This document shows, one piece after another, positions 25,050 to 37,898 of a stretch of 64,000 bases of DNA (within the stretch, counting starts at the first letter, position 1; each line of letters starts with the position of its first letter). The notes under the pieces are model-generated. The model had not been told where the DNA came from, did no database searches, and saw nothing but the letters and a program-made list of their open reading frames with translations. The position numbers and the translations under genes are program-made. The DNA lies in the NCBI RefSeq assembly GCF_963921235.1, contig NC_086108.1, forward strand, positions 25,606,001-25,670,000. The letters run 5' to 3'. Source of the stretch: Mobula hypostoma (taxonomy: Eukaryota).

Positions 25050-26400
25050 ACTTATTCTTTATTCCTGCACAGATCTGGGTATCTCTAGCAAGAATTTGAT
25101 GCTCACTTCAATTGCCTCTGTGAAGATGGTAATGGTGCTTCATTATCTTCCCAAATCCCTGCGGATCAAATAGTGAAGTTTCTCCCATTAATATGCAAGG
25201 AGGTGCAGGCTTTAGGCTCTGCTCTGATTTTCCCATCAGGCTCAAATGTGTTTCTGAGGAGGAATTGGAGAGATTTGTTTCTCTGTACTTTTTGTTTTGG
25301 TCCTTCTTGTTTTAGTGATTGTGGTCTTGGAAGGTACTGTCAAAGAAACGGTGAGCTGCTGCAATGCATTTTGTATAGATGGTAAATAATGCAGTCATGA
25401 TAGTGGAGTCTGTCAGTGGGTGATCATCAAGGTACATGCTTTATCCTGAATGTTGGTGGCAGTCTTTTGAATGTGTACATATGTGGGCAATTGGAAGTTT
25501 TTTGACCACATTCCCAAATTGTGCATTTTATATAGTGTATTAGAGAAGCTTTGAGGTATCATGAGATGAGTCATCCTCCGCATGAGATCCAGTCACTGGC
25601 TTGCTCTTGTAAACACAATATCCATGCAGCTCATACCATAAGTTTCTGATCTATTACACCTTAGGAATATTAAGAGTTTCAATGATGGCCCTACTCCCCT
25701 GGCTAGACTCACTTTTGTTGGAGGTTGTCATAATGTGACAACTGTGTGATATGAATATTGTTAACCCAAATGGTCCGCTTCTTGCCTGATGCAAGATAAG
25801 ACACCTTTTTAGTCATGAAAATATGAACAAAATGGAATACTATTGAATTTTAATTTTCAGAGAGTGAGAAAGGCATTGCTGGAGATTTCTGGGCCCAGGA
25901 CTTTGTCTGGGGGATGTCTGCAATGGGGTTATGGGGTTGAGATACTTTACATCCAACAAGACAATCTTATAATATGACTGACACCATCCTATGAAGTGTT
26001 TCTCTCTCATCCTCACTAACCACTTTTAATGGGGCTTCTTATTCTACAATTGGTTAATTTCTGTTGCTGGGGGCATTTTCCCCGATGTTACCTGTGGAGT
26101 TTATTGACCACTCCCACCCCTTACTTGATCTCAGATACCACCTACTAGCTTGTACTCACCCCCCTTCCCGCATCTTCTTGGTCTGGCTTCTGCCCCTTTC
26201 TTTTCCTGTCCTGATGAAGGGTCTCAGGCTGAAATGTTGATTGTTTATTCCTCTTCATTAACCAAGAAACTGAGTCCCTCCAGCACTGAATGTACAAACA
26301 GTATGTTCCCTTTGGAATTTAGCTTTTGGCTGTGTTTGACCCCACTAAAAGAGTAATGCCAGTGCAGTCACATCTCCAATCATTTACTGTTAAAGTAATG
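25050..26400 (-). mobile_element. Very old CR1/L2-group LINE 3' part; related fragment at about 42600-42790
   Basis: 3' end (TTCAATTGCCTCTG..) is the reverse complement of the SINE tail at 34540-34620; GGAAGGTACTGTCAAAGAA..GCTGCAATGCATTTTGTATAGATGGTA; no long ORF left. Confidence 0.55.
26085..26290 (+). mobile_element. Penelope pLTR fragment with hammerhead motif (26206-26243)
   Basis: CTGTC-CTGATGA-A-GGGTCTCAGGCT-GAAAT-GTT-GATTG; both core boxes intact. Confidence 0.8.
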
Positions 26401-26449
26401 TGATTAACTGTGAATAGGCTGACTTCCATTTGTTGAGCTTCAGTATGGA

Positions 26450-26800
26450 TTACTTCCTCACTGCCCGTTACACAGCTGCTGTTTAGGACACCGAGGAAGT
26501 TCCTCCATCTCTGGCGGTGTTCAGGACTTCCTTTATCATGTCCGTACCTTCCTCTTGGTTTTCACTGCTGTCAGTCACGCAAGTCTCAGGTGGAGACTCA
26601 GGAATTCAGTTGCACACAGATGTAGAGTGATTCTTCATTGCTTTTTCTGTAACAATTTTGTTTTACCAGTCAGGGTTTAGTCCTGAGCTGAACCTCTGAA
26701 ACCGGAGGACCAGTGGAACACTTTTGTCCTTTATCCTTTGAGCTGTTTGACATGGATGAACCTATCAAGAGCTAAAACATAAAGCCCTAACTGAGGCTAA
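26450..26800 (-). mobile_element. Non-autonomous RTE-related retroposon
   Basis: GTTTTACCAGTCAGGGTTTAGTCCTGAGCTGAACC and GTTTAGGACACCGAGGAAGTTCCTCCATCTC resemble antisense RTE 5' UTR and 3' end motifs (recalled). Confidence 0.5.
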
Positions 26801-27047
26801 TGTATTTGGCTGTCTTTATAATATGGCGCGACTGAGGACTAGCATGAATTTAGTCCTGAGTTGTAGCATCTCTGCGTCCTGACATTCCTGACATGTACTT
26901 GCAGTTTGTCATAGCAAATGATTCTGTTGCAGATGATTAACCCCGATGGCTAGTGGAGCTGGTTAATTTATTCTGAAGCTATGCATGTCATGGAAGTGTG
27001 AAGACAAGAGTTCTTCTTTGTAGGACACTCTATTTGATTGACAGATA

Positions 27048-27592
27048 CAGTACTGTGCAAAAGTTTTATGCACAAATATATAGCTAGAGTGCCTCAGACT
27101 TTTGCATAGTACTGTGTTTGTCAACATGGAGCGGAGAACAAGTTTGTAAATCTGGCAGGAGTAAAGTATGTTGGGAATGGTGAGCGTGGAGTGCTGTGGG
27201 AGGGGTGTGGGAGAGGTGGCAGAGAAGGAGTGCCAGGGGTGGGGTGGGGGTTCTATGAGTGCAGACACACTCAATTCTGAGACACCAGTCAAAGTAATTT
27301 GATTCCAAACAATTGGTTATTGATCATTACAGAATATCTCTCTGGTGCTTTCCACTCCTTTCCTTCTCCCTTCCCCTTTTCCAAGCCATGATTCCTCTCT
27401 CCCTGCTCCTTTCCCACTATCAGTCCAGACTTGTATCAGAATTAGGTTTATCATCACTCACATATGTCATGAAATTTGATTTTTTTTTGCAGCAGTACAG
27501 TGTACTATATAAAATTACTATGATAAGTACAAAAGTCTTAGGCTCCATAGCTATATCTATGTGTCTAAGTACTGTATTTTTGCACAGTACTC
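27048..27592. mobile_element. Composite Tc1/mariner-type MITE, copy 1
   Basis: TA flanks; each end is a roughly 70-bp palindrome CAGTACTGTGCAAAAGTCTTAGGCAC..GTGCCTAAGACTTTTGCACAGTACTG (consensus); shared interior with copies 2 and 3. Confidence 0.88.
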
Positions 27593-27772
27593 TAGTGGGA
27601 TCAACATTCAATTCTGTCAGAGCCACTCACTACTATGAACATGCAACAGGGCCACTACCTCCAAGAGCACTATCTTATCAGGAGGGATGATAATGGAAAG
27701 TTCTGGAATGTTGACTTCAATTTCTTCTAATTTTGGCACAGACCCTTAAACATGAATGAGCAAAGTTTCTCA

Positions 27773-28476
27773 GGCTGCATGACAGACCGGATAAGCTTTT
27801 TCTCTTCATTTTGACCTCCATCCACACTGAAATGTCATTTTCCTCCCCAGAAAACGGAGCTTTTCTAAAACACTCTCCAGAGTGTTCAAATCTGAAAACG
27901 CCAGTTGGGCGTTGTAGTGTGTACGGAGTAACCGGAGGTTTTAAAAAACCTGTCGTCCCTTTCATCGGTGAAGAGACTATGGCCGTAGGAAATGTTTCCA
28001 GGGTGACCCCTCTATGGGAATGGGGAAGATGTTGGCGGGGCCACCCTGGGGTCTGTGTGTCTGGATGTGTAGCTACTGTAGTGGCTGTGAGGCTGGTATT
28101 GTGTCAGTTTTCCAATGTTCGTCATCAGCTGGGTCATACTGTCCGTGAACTCCCTGTTGGTTGCCTCCATACGCTCCAGTATTTGTTTTGTTTAGTTTGA
28201 AGTCCTCCTGCGCGAGAGCCAATAGCTGTCCTTTGTTTGGCAATTTTCTTTTAAGTTCTTCTAGTCTGTAACTGGACAAACACACACCAAGTATACCGTT
28301 TCCTCTTAATTTGTTTTCTGTAGATGTGTCCTGCGCATGCCCAGTAGGAGGCGATTCGCCCAAATACACATTTTAATGTGGATGGAGGTATTTTCAAAAT
28401 CACTTGGTGTGGACGCCTATCGTTTTTACGCGAAACTGGCGTTTTCAAAATTATCTGGTCTAGTGTGGACGTAACC
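27773..28476 (-). mobile_element. PIF/Harbinger-type non-autonomous DNA transposon
   Basis: 3-bp TSD TCA (27770-72, 28477-79); right TIR reads GGTTACGTCCACACTAGACCAGATAA on the minus strand, left one degraded; repeated GAAAACG/TCCACAC subterminal motifs. Confidence 0.75.
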
Positions 28477-28698
28477 TCAGACTCTGGAGGGATGAATGTG
28501 CTCCTGTCCTTTCTGAATCGAATTCCTAGTTTCTGAGTGATCTGTTTAATTTTACACATGTACTGTCTCACGATGGTTTAATACAACTGAGTGACTTGTC
28601 CATTACAGAGAGCCACTAGAAGTCCCATTGCTATTGTCTGATGTTAGATTAACATCAGAGCAAATTAAACAAACACATTTCCTTCTGCAAATGGTATT

Positions 28699-29067
28699 TG
28701 TTAGTTCGTTAGGTGTCATGTCGTACGATGTGGGCGATCGTGGTCTTTCCATGACCACAATTGTTCTTGGCAAGTTTTCACACAGAAGTAGTTTGCTATA
28801 GCCTTCTTCGGGGCAGTGTTTTTACAAGATGAGTGATGCCAGCCATCAAAGCTCTTCAGAGATGGCCTGCCTGGCATCAGTGGTTGCATAACCAGGACAT
28901 GATATGCACCAACTGTTCATACGACCATCCACCATCTGCCCCCATGTCTTCACGTGATCCTGATCTGGAGGCTAAACAGGTGCTACACCTTCCCCAAAGC
29001 TGACCTGCAGGCTAGTGGAAGGAAGGAGTGCCTTACACCTCCTTTTGGTATCTCCACCCTGCCACCG
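28699..29067 (-). mobile_element. Non-autonomous RTE-related retroposon, full length
   Basis: TSD TGGTATT at 28692-98 and 29068-74; CAGAAGTAGTTTGCTATAGCCTTCTTC resembles the antisense RTE UTR motif. Confidence 0.7.
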
Positions 29068-29094
29068 TGGTATTAATAAACCCATCATATAAAT

Positions 29095-29772
29095 GTAATT
29101 GCAAAGAAAGCACAACAGCACCTCTACTTCCTTAGGAATCTGCAGGACATCAAAGACTTTGACAAACTTCTATAGATGTGCAGTGGAAAGTGTATTGATT
29201 AGCTGCATAACAGCCTGGTATGGGAACACCAATGCCTTTGAATGGAAAATCCTGCAAAAGGTAGTGGATTCAGCCCAGTATGTCATGGGTAAAGCCCTCT
29301 CAATCATTGAGCACATCTACATGAGATGCTATTATAAGAAAGCAGCATCTTTCATTGAAGATCCTTGCTACCCAGACCATGCTCTTTTCTCACTGCTGCC
29401 ATCAGGTAGAAGGTACAAGTGCCTCAGGTCTCGCACCACCGGGTTCAGGAACAGCTATTGCCCCTCAGCCATTAGGCTCTTGAACCGAAGAGGAGAACTG
29501 TATTCATCTATTGAGATAGTCCCGCAACCAATTATCTCACTTTAAGGACTTCTTATCTTTTTTATTTCATGCTCTTGTTATTTATTGCATTTATTTATAT
29601 ATGCATTTTGCACAGTTTGTTGTCTTCTATGCTTCTGCTCTTTCATTGATTTTGTTTATAATTACTATTAGATAGATTTGCTGAGTATGCCCGCAGGAAA
29701 AAGAATCTCAGTGTTAAATGTGGTGACATACATGTACTCTGATAATAAATTTTACTTTGAACTTTCAACTTT
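29095..29772 (+). mobile_element. Rex1/Babar LINE 3' fragment
   Basis: KKAQQHLYFLR, LTNFYRCAVESVLISCITAWYGN, HALFSLLPSGRRY; AATAAA + (ACTTTGA)n tail. Confidence 0.92.
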
Positions 29773-31221
29773 AATTCAATGGTTGCCATCACAAATATTC
29801 ACTACTTTATTATAGTTCCATTAGTTAATGAAATCTACATAGCCCACAGGAGGGATCTGAAATCATCACCAGATCACTAGCTCAAGTCTTTGGGTTACTG
29901 CCACTGAGTTTTGATATCCAGAAGTATTGGATGCTATTTTCTAAACCACAGGGTCCTAATAATGGATGTAAAGCCAATACTGTTGTATGAAATATATCTG
30001 GCTAAATATCTCCTAAATTCCATTAGAATGAAGAAATGAACTTAGATTAAAATTGCACAAAATTGAAAACATAATAATTAAATTTTTCAATGGTGAAGCA
30101 GCAATTAAATACATCTAGAGTAACACGACTGTATTGATTTGATGCAAATTAAAGAAGTTATATTGATCTCTTTAGCCCAGAGGAAAAAGAACTTGTTGAG
30201 AAAGTGAGCTAAAGCTAATGATAAGGGATGTTTAATTAAATTCTCCCTACATGTAGTCATATTTTAACTTTTGTCTCACTGTGCAGTGCAGCTGTGGGTA
30301 GGTTCTCACATTGCATGGTGAGTAAAGAATGCATGTTCAATGGCAGCTTGTACAGACTTCTTAAATTCAATATAGTCTGCTCAATCTGTATGTTAATCTC
30401 AGAACTGGAATGTATTTTGCTCCCTAACCAATTTATGATTTTATCCATTTCTAAGAATTACTTGTAAAATATATGTTAAGTACTGTGATACTGAACCATG
30501 AACTTAATAAGTTATGAATGCTGGTTCAATGTTGCTTATTATTTTGAAGAGTGGGTAGAATGCTGAGTGATAAATAAAACACTTTCAATGGTTACCATGC
30601 CAACATATAACATTGCATTGCATTACAGAACATGGATTCCAAGGTTACAGCCAAATTTCTCCAAAGTATAGTGTTATTTCTAATGAAAGGTCATCTACTT
30701 GAAAAGCTAATGCTGTTTCTTTTCAGAGAGATGTTACCTGACCTGCAACATGTTTTTAGAATTTTCTCTTTTCACGACTACTCATTCTTCAAGACCGTAG
30801 CAATTTTATGGCCATTTAAGTACGTTAACATTAAACAATGATCAGGTTATAAAGAAAATTGAAAAGAATGATTCTAAGAATTTGCATTGCACTTAATAGT
30901 TTAATTTGAGCAGTTAACCTCTATTGAGTTTCCCTTCCCCTTCCTTTCCACTATACCTAGGGTTATGGAATAGTATGGCTTCTGGGAGATCTTTTGTACT
31001 TCACCCAGTGGCTAATTTTTGTTGGACTGATGTGAAAGGTATATCACACCATCAAGATCCTAAGGAACTGAAGCTTAGAAGCTCTAATTTACTGATGTTA
31101 TTCTTAGGCTTTTAGAAACCTAAATACCATGGATGGGTGAGGAAGGCAAAAATTCTACAGATTTTTAATTGAGGAGAGTAGATTTGGAATAAATGCAACT
31201 TGCAATAAGTGACAAGCTGAG

Positions 31222-31420
31222 GAGGAAACACAAGAGACTGCAAATGCTGGAATCTGGAGCAAGAAAAACAAACGATTGGAGTATCTCGGTAGGTTGAGCA
31301 GTACTGGTGGGTGTATGGAGCGGTATCTGTGGGAGTAAGGAAGTGTTGATGTTTTTTCAAGTAGAAACCCTGGCCCAAAACATTGACAATTCATTGCCCC
31401 CACAGACACTGTTCAGCTGA
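31222..31420. mobile_element. Head-to-head Penelope pLTR-derived element with deleted centre
   Basis: ACACAAGAGACTGCAAATGCTGGAATCTGGAGCAA (antisense pLTR end) followed by sense GGCCCAAAACATTGAC. Confidence 0.7.
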
Positions 31421-32215
31421 ATAAGTGAAGAACTTTGGATTCAGCATTCTTGTAATAAGGGAGGCAGAGAACATTAGAAATTCTCTTCACATCTCAGTGT
31501 AGAACCCAGTCCAAGTTACTACTTTTTTACAAATATTACTACATTCTTTTATGGATTGATGTAGTAACCAATTTGTACATTTCAAGGTGAAACCATAGGA
31601 TAAACAGATTGCTTTGATGGTGCTGTGTTTAATAAATATTAGGTAGGACACTTGGGCAGTTTAGTGCTTTTAACTGAGAAGCTCTTATGCATTGAACAGA
31701 ATTGGGTTGTAGCCTTGAGTTGTTGTGGTTGTCGGAAGACAAATTTTAAGGTGACAGTCATTCTTCTGTCTGTCTCGGACCAACACCCAATCCTTTTGTA
31801 GCTTGCAAATAATTGAGGCTTTTTACTACCAATTTTGTTAATCAGCTTTAGACTCACCAGGGCAAATTGTTTCAATTCAAATGAGTTTACTCAATAGGGA
31901 GACAAAATTGGCATTTTAGCCTACGGCATGTTCTGGACAAAAAAAGAATAGCTCTTAATAATCAGTGTTTTAAATTACCATTGTGCATAATAAAGCCCCA
32001 GAAAACCAACTTGAGTTCTCAGAAAGGTCATAGATCTGAAATATTAACTGTTTCTTTCTGCAGATGTACATTTTCCTGCTGGATATCTCCAGCAGTTTCT
32101 GCATACAAATATAATTCAGTAAATATAATTTTCTTTCTTTCAGCATTCTACCTTCCACTATGTCTCGTGTGTTCACATAGTTCCTAATGCTGATGGCTCT
32201 GCATTTGATTATGTT

Positions 32216-32764
32216 CAGAACTATGAAGAAGTATTAGGCACATACTGTATATAGAGCAAGGGTGCCTAAGATTTTTGCACAGTCCTGTATCTGTCAATAG
32301 AAGCAGAGAGAGAGTTTGTAAATCTGCTGAGAGCAAAGTATGTTGGGAATGGTGAGGGTGGAGCACCGCGGGAGGGCTGTGAGACAGGTGCCAGCGGAGA
32401 GGGGTGGCACGAGTGCTGAAACACCCAACTCTGAGACACCAGGGCAAGGTAATTTTATTTCAAACAATTGGTTCACTGATGATTACAGAATGTCCCTCTG
32501 GTGCTTCCTGCTGTCTCCCCTCTCCTTTCTCCTTTTCCCAACCATGATTCCCTCTCCTTGCCCCCTTCCCACTCTCAGTCCACTCTAGAGACCCATATCA
32601 GAATCAGATCTGTCATCATTCACGTAGTGTATGTCATGAAATTTTGTTTGTTTTTTATGGCAGCAGTACAGTGCAATAGATAAAATTACTACAGTACTGA
32701 GCAAAACCTTAGGCACCTTAGTTACATGTAGTGTATATGTGCCTAAGACTTTAGCACATTACTG
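32216..32764. mobile_element. Composite Tc1/mariner-type MITE, copy 2
   Basis: Palindromic ends 32216-32287 and 32692-32764; interior homologous to 27115-27520. Confidence 0.88.
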
Positions 32765-32814
32765 TCTGTAAGTGTTTCAATAATGAACCTAGATGACTGT
32801 TATAGGTTACATCA

Positions 32815-33350
32815 GCTACAGAGTGTCATAGAAAGGGGAAACAAGCACTTCAGCCCATCAAATCCGTGGTGAACATTAACCATCCGTTTTCACTAATCCT
32901 AAACACATTTTTCTTTATTTTCCTCACATTCTCATCAACTCTGCCCAGATTCTACAACTTGCCTCCAAATGAGGGGGTAATTTATAATGGCAATTGATCT
33001 ATCAACCTGCATGTCTTTGTGAGGAAACCATGATTGGACTGTTCCCATAACCAATGACATCACTTTCAAGAACTCTTCATTTCATGTTCTCGATATTTAT
33101 TGCTTATTTATTATTATTTATTTTTTCTTTTGCATTTGTACGGATGTCTTTTGGGTGTGGTCTTCCATTGATCCTATGATGGTTATTGGATGTACCGAGT
33201 ATGCCTGCAAGAAAACTAAACTTGAGGGTGTATGTACTGTGATAATAAATTTACTTTGAATGTGAACTTCAATTCATACAGAGTCACAAAACAAACTCAC
33301 AATGACAGGGCTGGAGGTTAGGGTTGAAACTGGGTCACTAATTCTGTGTG
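32815..33350 (-). mobile_element. V-SINE interrupted by a plus-strand Rex1 3' UTR (about 33031-33270)
   Basis: CACTAATCCTA..CCCAGATTCTAC..GAGGAAACC, then GGGTTGAAACTGGGTCACT; the insert matches 29520-29770. Confidence 0.75.
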
Positions 33351-33609
33351 ACATTTTGTTTTGTAATACTGTACTGTATTGGAAATATAGTTCCCATATT
33401 GTCACCTTATTAGAATAAATTTAGACTGATTAAGGACAGTGGAATTGGATAACTATATATAAATTAGAAATGGAAGAAGTGGGAAACCACGTAAGGTAAC
33501 AGTCATCTCAGAGCAATTCGGTGTATTAGATGTTAGCTGCAGAGATCATCACAATCAACGCATCACGTCCCCATCCTGCCTCCGTATGTGCATACAGTGA
33601 CTGCTCAGC

Positions 33610-34625
33610 AGCTAAGTTACTAGATTAGACTATAAAGGCCTGAACAAGTAACCCAGAGCACAACGCTCAAATACTAGCACTGCATTTTTTGAATTTAAAC
33701 TCAGTGTCATAGAGACGTGGGGCATGGAAGTGGTCACTTCAGCCCACCCTTTTGTCCATCTGCAGTGAACTCATTTTCTCACATTTGGACAGTATGCTCT
33801 ACGTCTTGCCTATTCGAGTGCCTCGCAGACATTGTAATGCCGTCTGATTCCACCACGTCATCTATCACTGTATTTCAATCATTAGCCACTCTTTGTATAT
33901 AAACAAAACATTCTCCTTGGGTCACATTTGAAACTCCTTCCTCTCACATTAAACTGATGTCCTCTTGTTTTCAACTTGGGAAAAGGATTCTGACGAAAAA
34001 GAAGATCAGCTAAGACTGAATGGCAGAGCAGACATGATGGGCCAAGTGGCTTAATTCTGCTCCTATATCTTATGGTCTTATGGTCAATCTACCCTATCTG
34101 CACTTCTCATAATCTTATATACCTATCAGGTCACTCTTTGGCCTGCTTCACTCCAGGGAAAACAACTATCCATAACTAAAGCCATCCAATTCAGGCAACA
34201 TCCTGATGAATCACCTTTGCTCTCTCCCCAGCACAACCACATCCTTCCCATAATGTGACGATCAGTACTGCGCACAATGTTTCAAGAGCTGTCTAACTAA
34301 TCTTTTTGTCAATTTGCAACATAACGTCCCAACTCTTATATTCTGGAATTTGAAACACGACAACTAGTCTCAGTGATGATGATCCCAGAACACCTGAATA
34401 GTTGCATAATGTCACGAGCCTCACTAATGTTCTTCAGGAAAGGAACCTTTACCATTGTTAGCAAGTCTGGCCTTTGATGTTACTCCATATATGTTGTACA
34501 CTATGTGGTTAGATCATAAAAATGTCTGATGATATGGACCTCAATTCAAGGGTAATTTGGGTTTAGGCAGTAAATGCTGATCTTGCCACTAGTGCCCAGA
34601 TCCTGAAAGAATAATTTTTTAAAAT
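33610..34625 (+). mobile_element. Old tRNA-derived SINE split by a minus-strand CR1 fragment (about 33706-34343) that itself holds a plus-strand CR1 tail (33995-34085)
   Basis: GAATTTAAACTCAG | GGAATTTGAAA..CTAGTCTCAGTGATG..TTCAAGGGTAATTTGGG..TAAATGCTG; CR1 tail TCTTATGGTCTTATGGTC. Confidence 0.7.
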
Positions 34626-35264
34626 AGTGTCTTTGGTAACCAGCTCTAAGGAGCTCAGAACTATGTAAAATCTGCACAAGGGCAACTGTGGATAATCATT
34701 TAATATACACAACTCTCTGTTTCTTTTTACATCATTCGTCTCTTGACATTCCAACTGATATCAACAGAGTTTATTAGCAAATCAGATTTTTTCTTGTGAA
34801 TTATCGAAGGCAGAAAAGCAGCTTCTGCTAAGTAAGCAAAATCATGTAACATGAACTGTGAAGGGGAGAGCATCCAGATTATTGTTGGTGAACCCAGAAA
34901 CCTTGACAAGATTGCTCAGGTCAGAATGATGGAATGCAAATGTGCCTCATATTTTAATCTGAGTACTTAACAACAATTTGTGTTTACACAGTTCAGTTAA
35001 TGTAAAGAAAAAAATCAATGGAAATAGGTAACATTAAATAATTTCTGATTTGGAGAGGATCTGGTGGACTGATCTGAAATTGGATCAACTGTTTAAAGGT
35101 TGAGAAAGAGAATGAGAGAGAGATGCTGAGGTTGAATGGCTTAGGAAATATTTCAGGACTGGAAGCATATTAGAGTAAGTCTTGGATGAGACAAAAAGGG
35201 AGGATTACCAGAAGGCAATCTGTAATCAATGTACAATTGAAGATTACAAATGTAGACAATGAGT

Positions 35265-35420
35265 AAAGCTCTGGTACTCCGGCTTCCACCCACAGTCGAA
35301 GGATGTACCAGTTGGTAGGTTAATTACTCATTGTAAATTGTCCCACAATTAGGCTAGGGTTATATCGGGGGGTTGCTAGGGAGGCTGGAAGGGTCTGTTC
35401 CAATAAATAAAGAAAGAAAG
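35265..35420 (+). mobile_element. V-SINE 3' half
   Basis: CTCCGGCTTCCACCCACAGTCGAAGGATGT..GGTAGGTTAATT..TGTAAATTGTCCC; (AATA/GAAA)n tail. Confidence 0.7.
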
Positions 35421-36404
35421 AAAGTGACAAAGGTTTTGTCAATACAGATGGAAGTGCTGAATTGAAGGCAGTAGGAATGGGGGGGGAGTGGGACTAGGAC
35501 AGCCGGTGTACATCACTGAGGATGAAATAATATTGATCTCAAACATTGCACTCTCCTGGCATACTGGACAGCAGTGACTTACACCCTACTGCATTCTTTG
35601 GAATCACACACTACCTATATGACAGACACCTCAGAACAGTGAAAAGGCGTCATCAATGTGGTATCCATGAAGGATAAGAATATGAACAACGGTCTGATTA
35701 AACCTCAGAAGATAGCTAGGGTTAACAATGTTATATTGACCAATTATACTGCAAAATGATCCGCATGCAGATAACTGCCTGATTAAACCCGACATCCTAA
35801 TTCATAAAGCGCTTGATAAGTTAGATTTGCCCTCAGTGTGTACTTTTTCTTTGGAAAGAAGAGTTCAAAGGTTATGAGACATTAAAATAGTTTTAGTGCA
35901 CTCTGTCTGCAAGAGCAAGATACATTGATTCCACTATTTCTCCAGAAGATGAGTATCATACCTTGGTGAATCTGTATAAGGTAAAGATTCTCAAGGGAAG
36001 AGGGAATGCATAGTCTTTCTCTGTTGGTAGTTCTTTTCTCATGAGCTAAGATCACAAACAGGACAACAGAACCACTTAAACAGAATTCTTAATATAGGTC
36101 ATTTCCCTATCATCTCATCTAGTGGATGGGATCCCACATGGGGAATATGTAGAAATGAAGATGAAAGTAATAAGCCAATTATGCATAATATTGATATGAT
36201 TAGAAATGAAAATACCTGAAATGCCATCTAAAATGTGGACCTCTACTATTGTTTGTGGCACTTGCGCAAAAACATTTCTTTATGATCCAATATATTTATT
36301 TGTAAAATTAGTTTCAATATCTGTTGACAATAAACTTATATTTATATGGGACCTTTTATGACCTGTGATTTCCCCCCCCCCCCCACCAAATGTTTTGGCA
36401 GGTA

Positions 36405-37050
36405 ATTATTTTTGAAGTGTTTTTATAGTTGTATGTAGGAAACCCATCAGGCAATTTGCATATAACACGAACAGCAGTGGGATGAATGACCTGAAATGAT
36501 TTTGTGCTCTTGCTCAATGATTGAAAGAATGCTCTTACATTTTATTGGAGAACTGCTCCTGCTGCTGCAAACTTTGTGTCTGTGAGGTTTGCGGAGATTT
36601 TCCCTGCTATATGATGAATTAAGACTGAGCCTTTGGACCTACTCCAGCTGCTCCGGGAATTCGGGTCTATGGACTGAATTTGGTATGATTTGTGTTTTTT
36701 TTTCTCTGTGCATTAGGTGTTGATCTTCCTTTTTTAATTGGGTTCCTTCAGGTTTCTTGCTTTGTGGCTGCCTGTAAGCAGACAAATCTCAAGGATGTAT
36801 AATTTATAAATACTTTGTTAATAAATGTACTTTGAATCCTTTGAATACGGTGGGATCTTTTGCATCCTTATATCCACTAGAGGGTTGGGGTGGGGGAAAG
36901 GGTGTTCAGTGTTTGATATATGTGTTAAAACACATCACTGCTGACAATCCAACAGCTCACGAATTTTAGATGCTCTCATCTCTGGAGTAGGGTTTGCGTC
37001 TTTAACCTTCTGACTCCAAGTGAAAATGCTAACATCTTGTTGAAACTGAC
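36405..37050 (-). mobile_element. Deu-domain SINE copy 2, interrupted at about 36563-36846
   Basis: TTTTGAAGTGT..GTAGGAAAC..CAATTTGC; GGGATCTTTT; TCTCTGGAGTAGGGTTTG..AACCTTCTGACTC. Confidence 0.7.
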
Positions 37051-37898
37051 ACATTCATATCTTCAATTACCCAATGTTTAATCTTAGTATATTATGTACA
37101 CACAATTATCAATAAATACTTGTTCCTGGTGTTTACCTGAATACTCATCCATAACTTAACTGGAACATTTACTCAATTCAATGCAAGATGTGTTCAATTA
37201 ACTGGGATTTATCTAAATTACTTATCCACTTAATTAACATGATTTGTGTTTATTCAATACAATTATCCACAGAATTTAGATTTGTAATTGGTGATAATTA
37301 TCTGCAAAAATTTTGATGATATTAATTCATAATATTAACATGTTATTGCACTAATACTTTGCTGCTTAGCTATCCAACTATATGGAGCCAAATTTTCCGA
37401 ACATTTATGCTACAACAAAGGCATATCTGCCATTATTGCTGAAATGCCCGGAAATTATCTTGTGGCTTTGACGATGTCAGTGGCTTGGGATGTTTTATTA
37501 TGTTAAAGGTGTTACACAAATCGTGTTCTTTTCATTGTGTTATATGGCACTGTTTAACCCAAGTTATAAAATTGCTCAGACTTTTGCAATGCTCCTCGGA
37601 AATCTTCACAGAGAGAAATGAAGAGCAGATTGTTAGAGTTTGGTTCATATTTAAATCAATAATGTGATTGAGTTTGATGAATTTACTGCACCATGATTGC
37701 CACCACCACTTGACCCATACAGAAGCTCAACATAGAGCATTCAATTGCTTGGCTGCTTGCCTAAAGGTAACATTTTTTACTGAATTGTTCCAGGAACTTC
37801 ACTGAAATGTTAAATGTCCATTGAATAACAACATAAATGATTTGATCAGTGTCTTGTGTTGGTTTTAAAGGTTTTTTCTTTCTTTATTAATTGAGTTT

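Larger units (their letters stand above)
28580..29900 (-). mobile_element. Old tRNA-derived SINE split by an RTE-type and a Rex1 insertion
   Basis: Pieces 28580-28698, 29075-29085 and 29775-29900 are colinear with the reverse complement of 33610-33705 + 34343-34560. Confidence 0.55.

Noticed and set aside
28968..29067. HDV-like ribozyme call for the RTE-type leader
   Set aside because: A 7-bp P1-like helix exists, but P2/P3/P1.1 could not be placed in the required order
36372..36384. Poly-C run (and poly-G at 4600-4610)
   Set aside because: Simple homopolymer slippage; the G run lies in the Tc1 TIR opposite a C-rich tract
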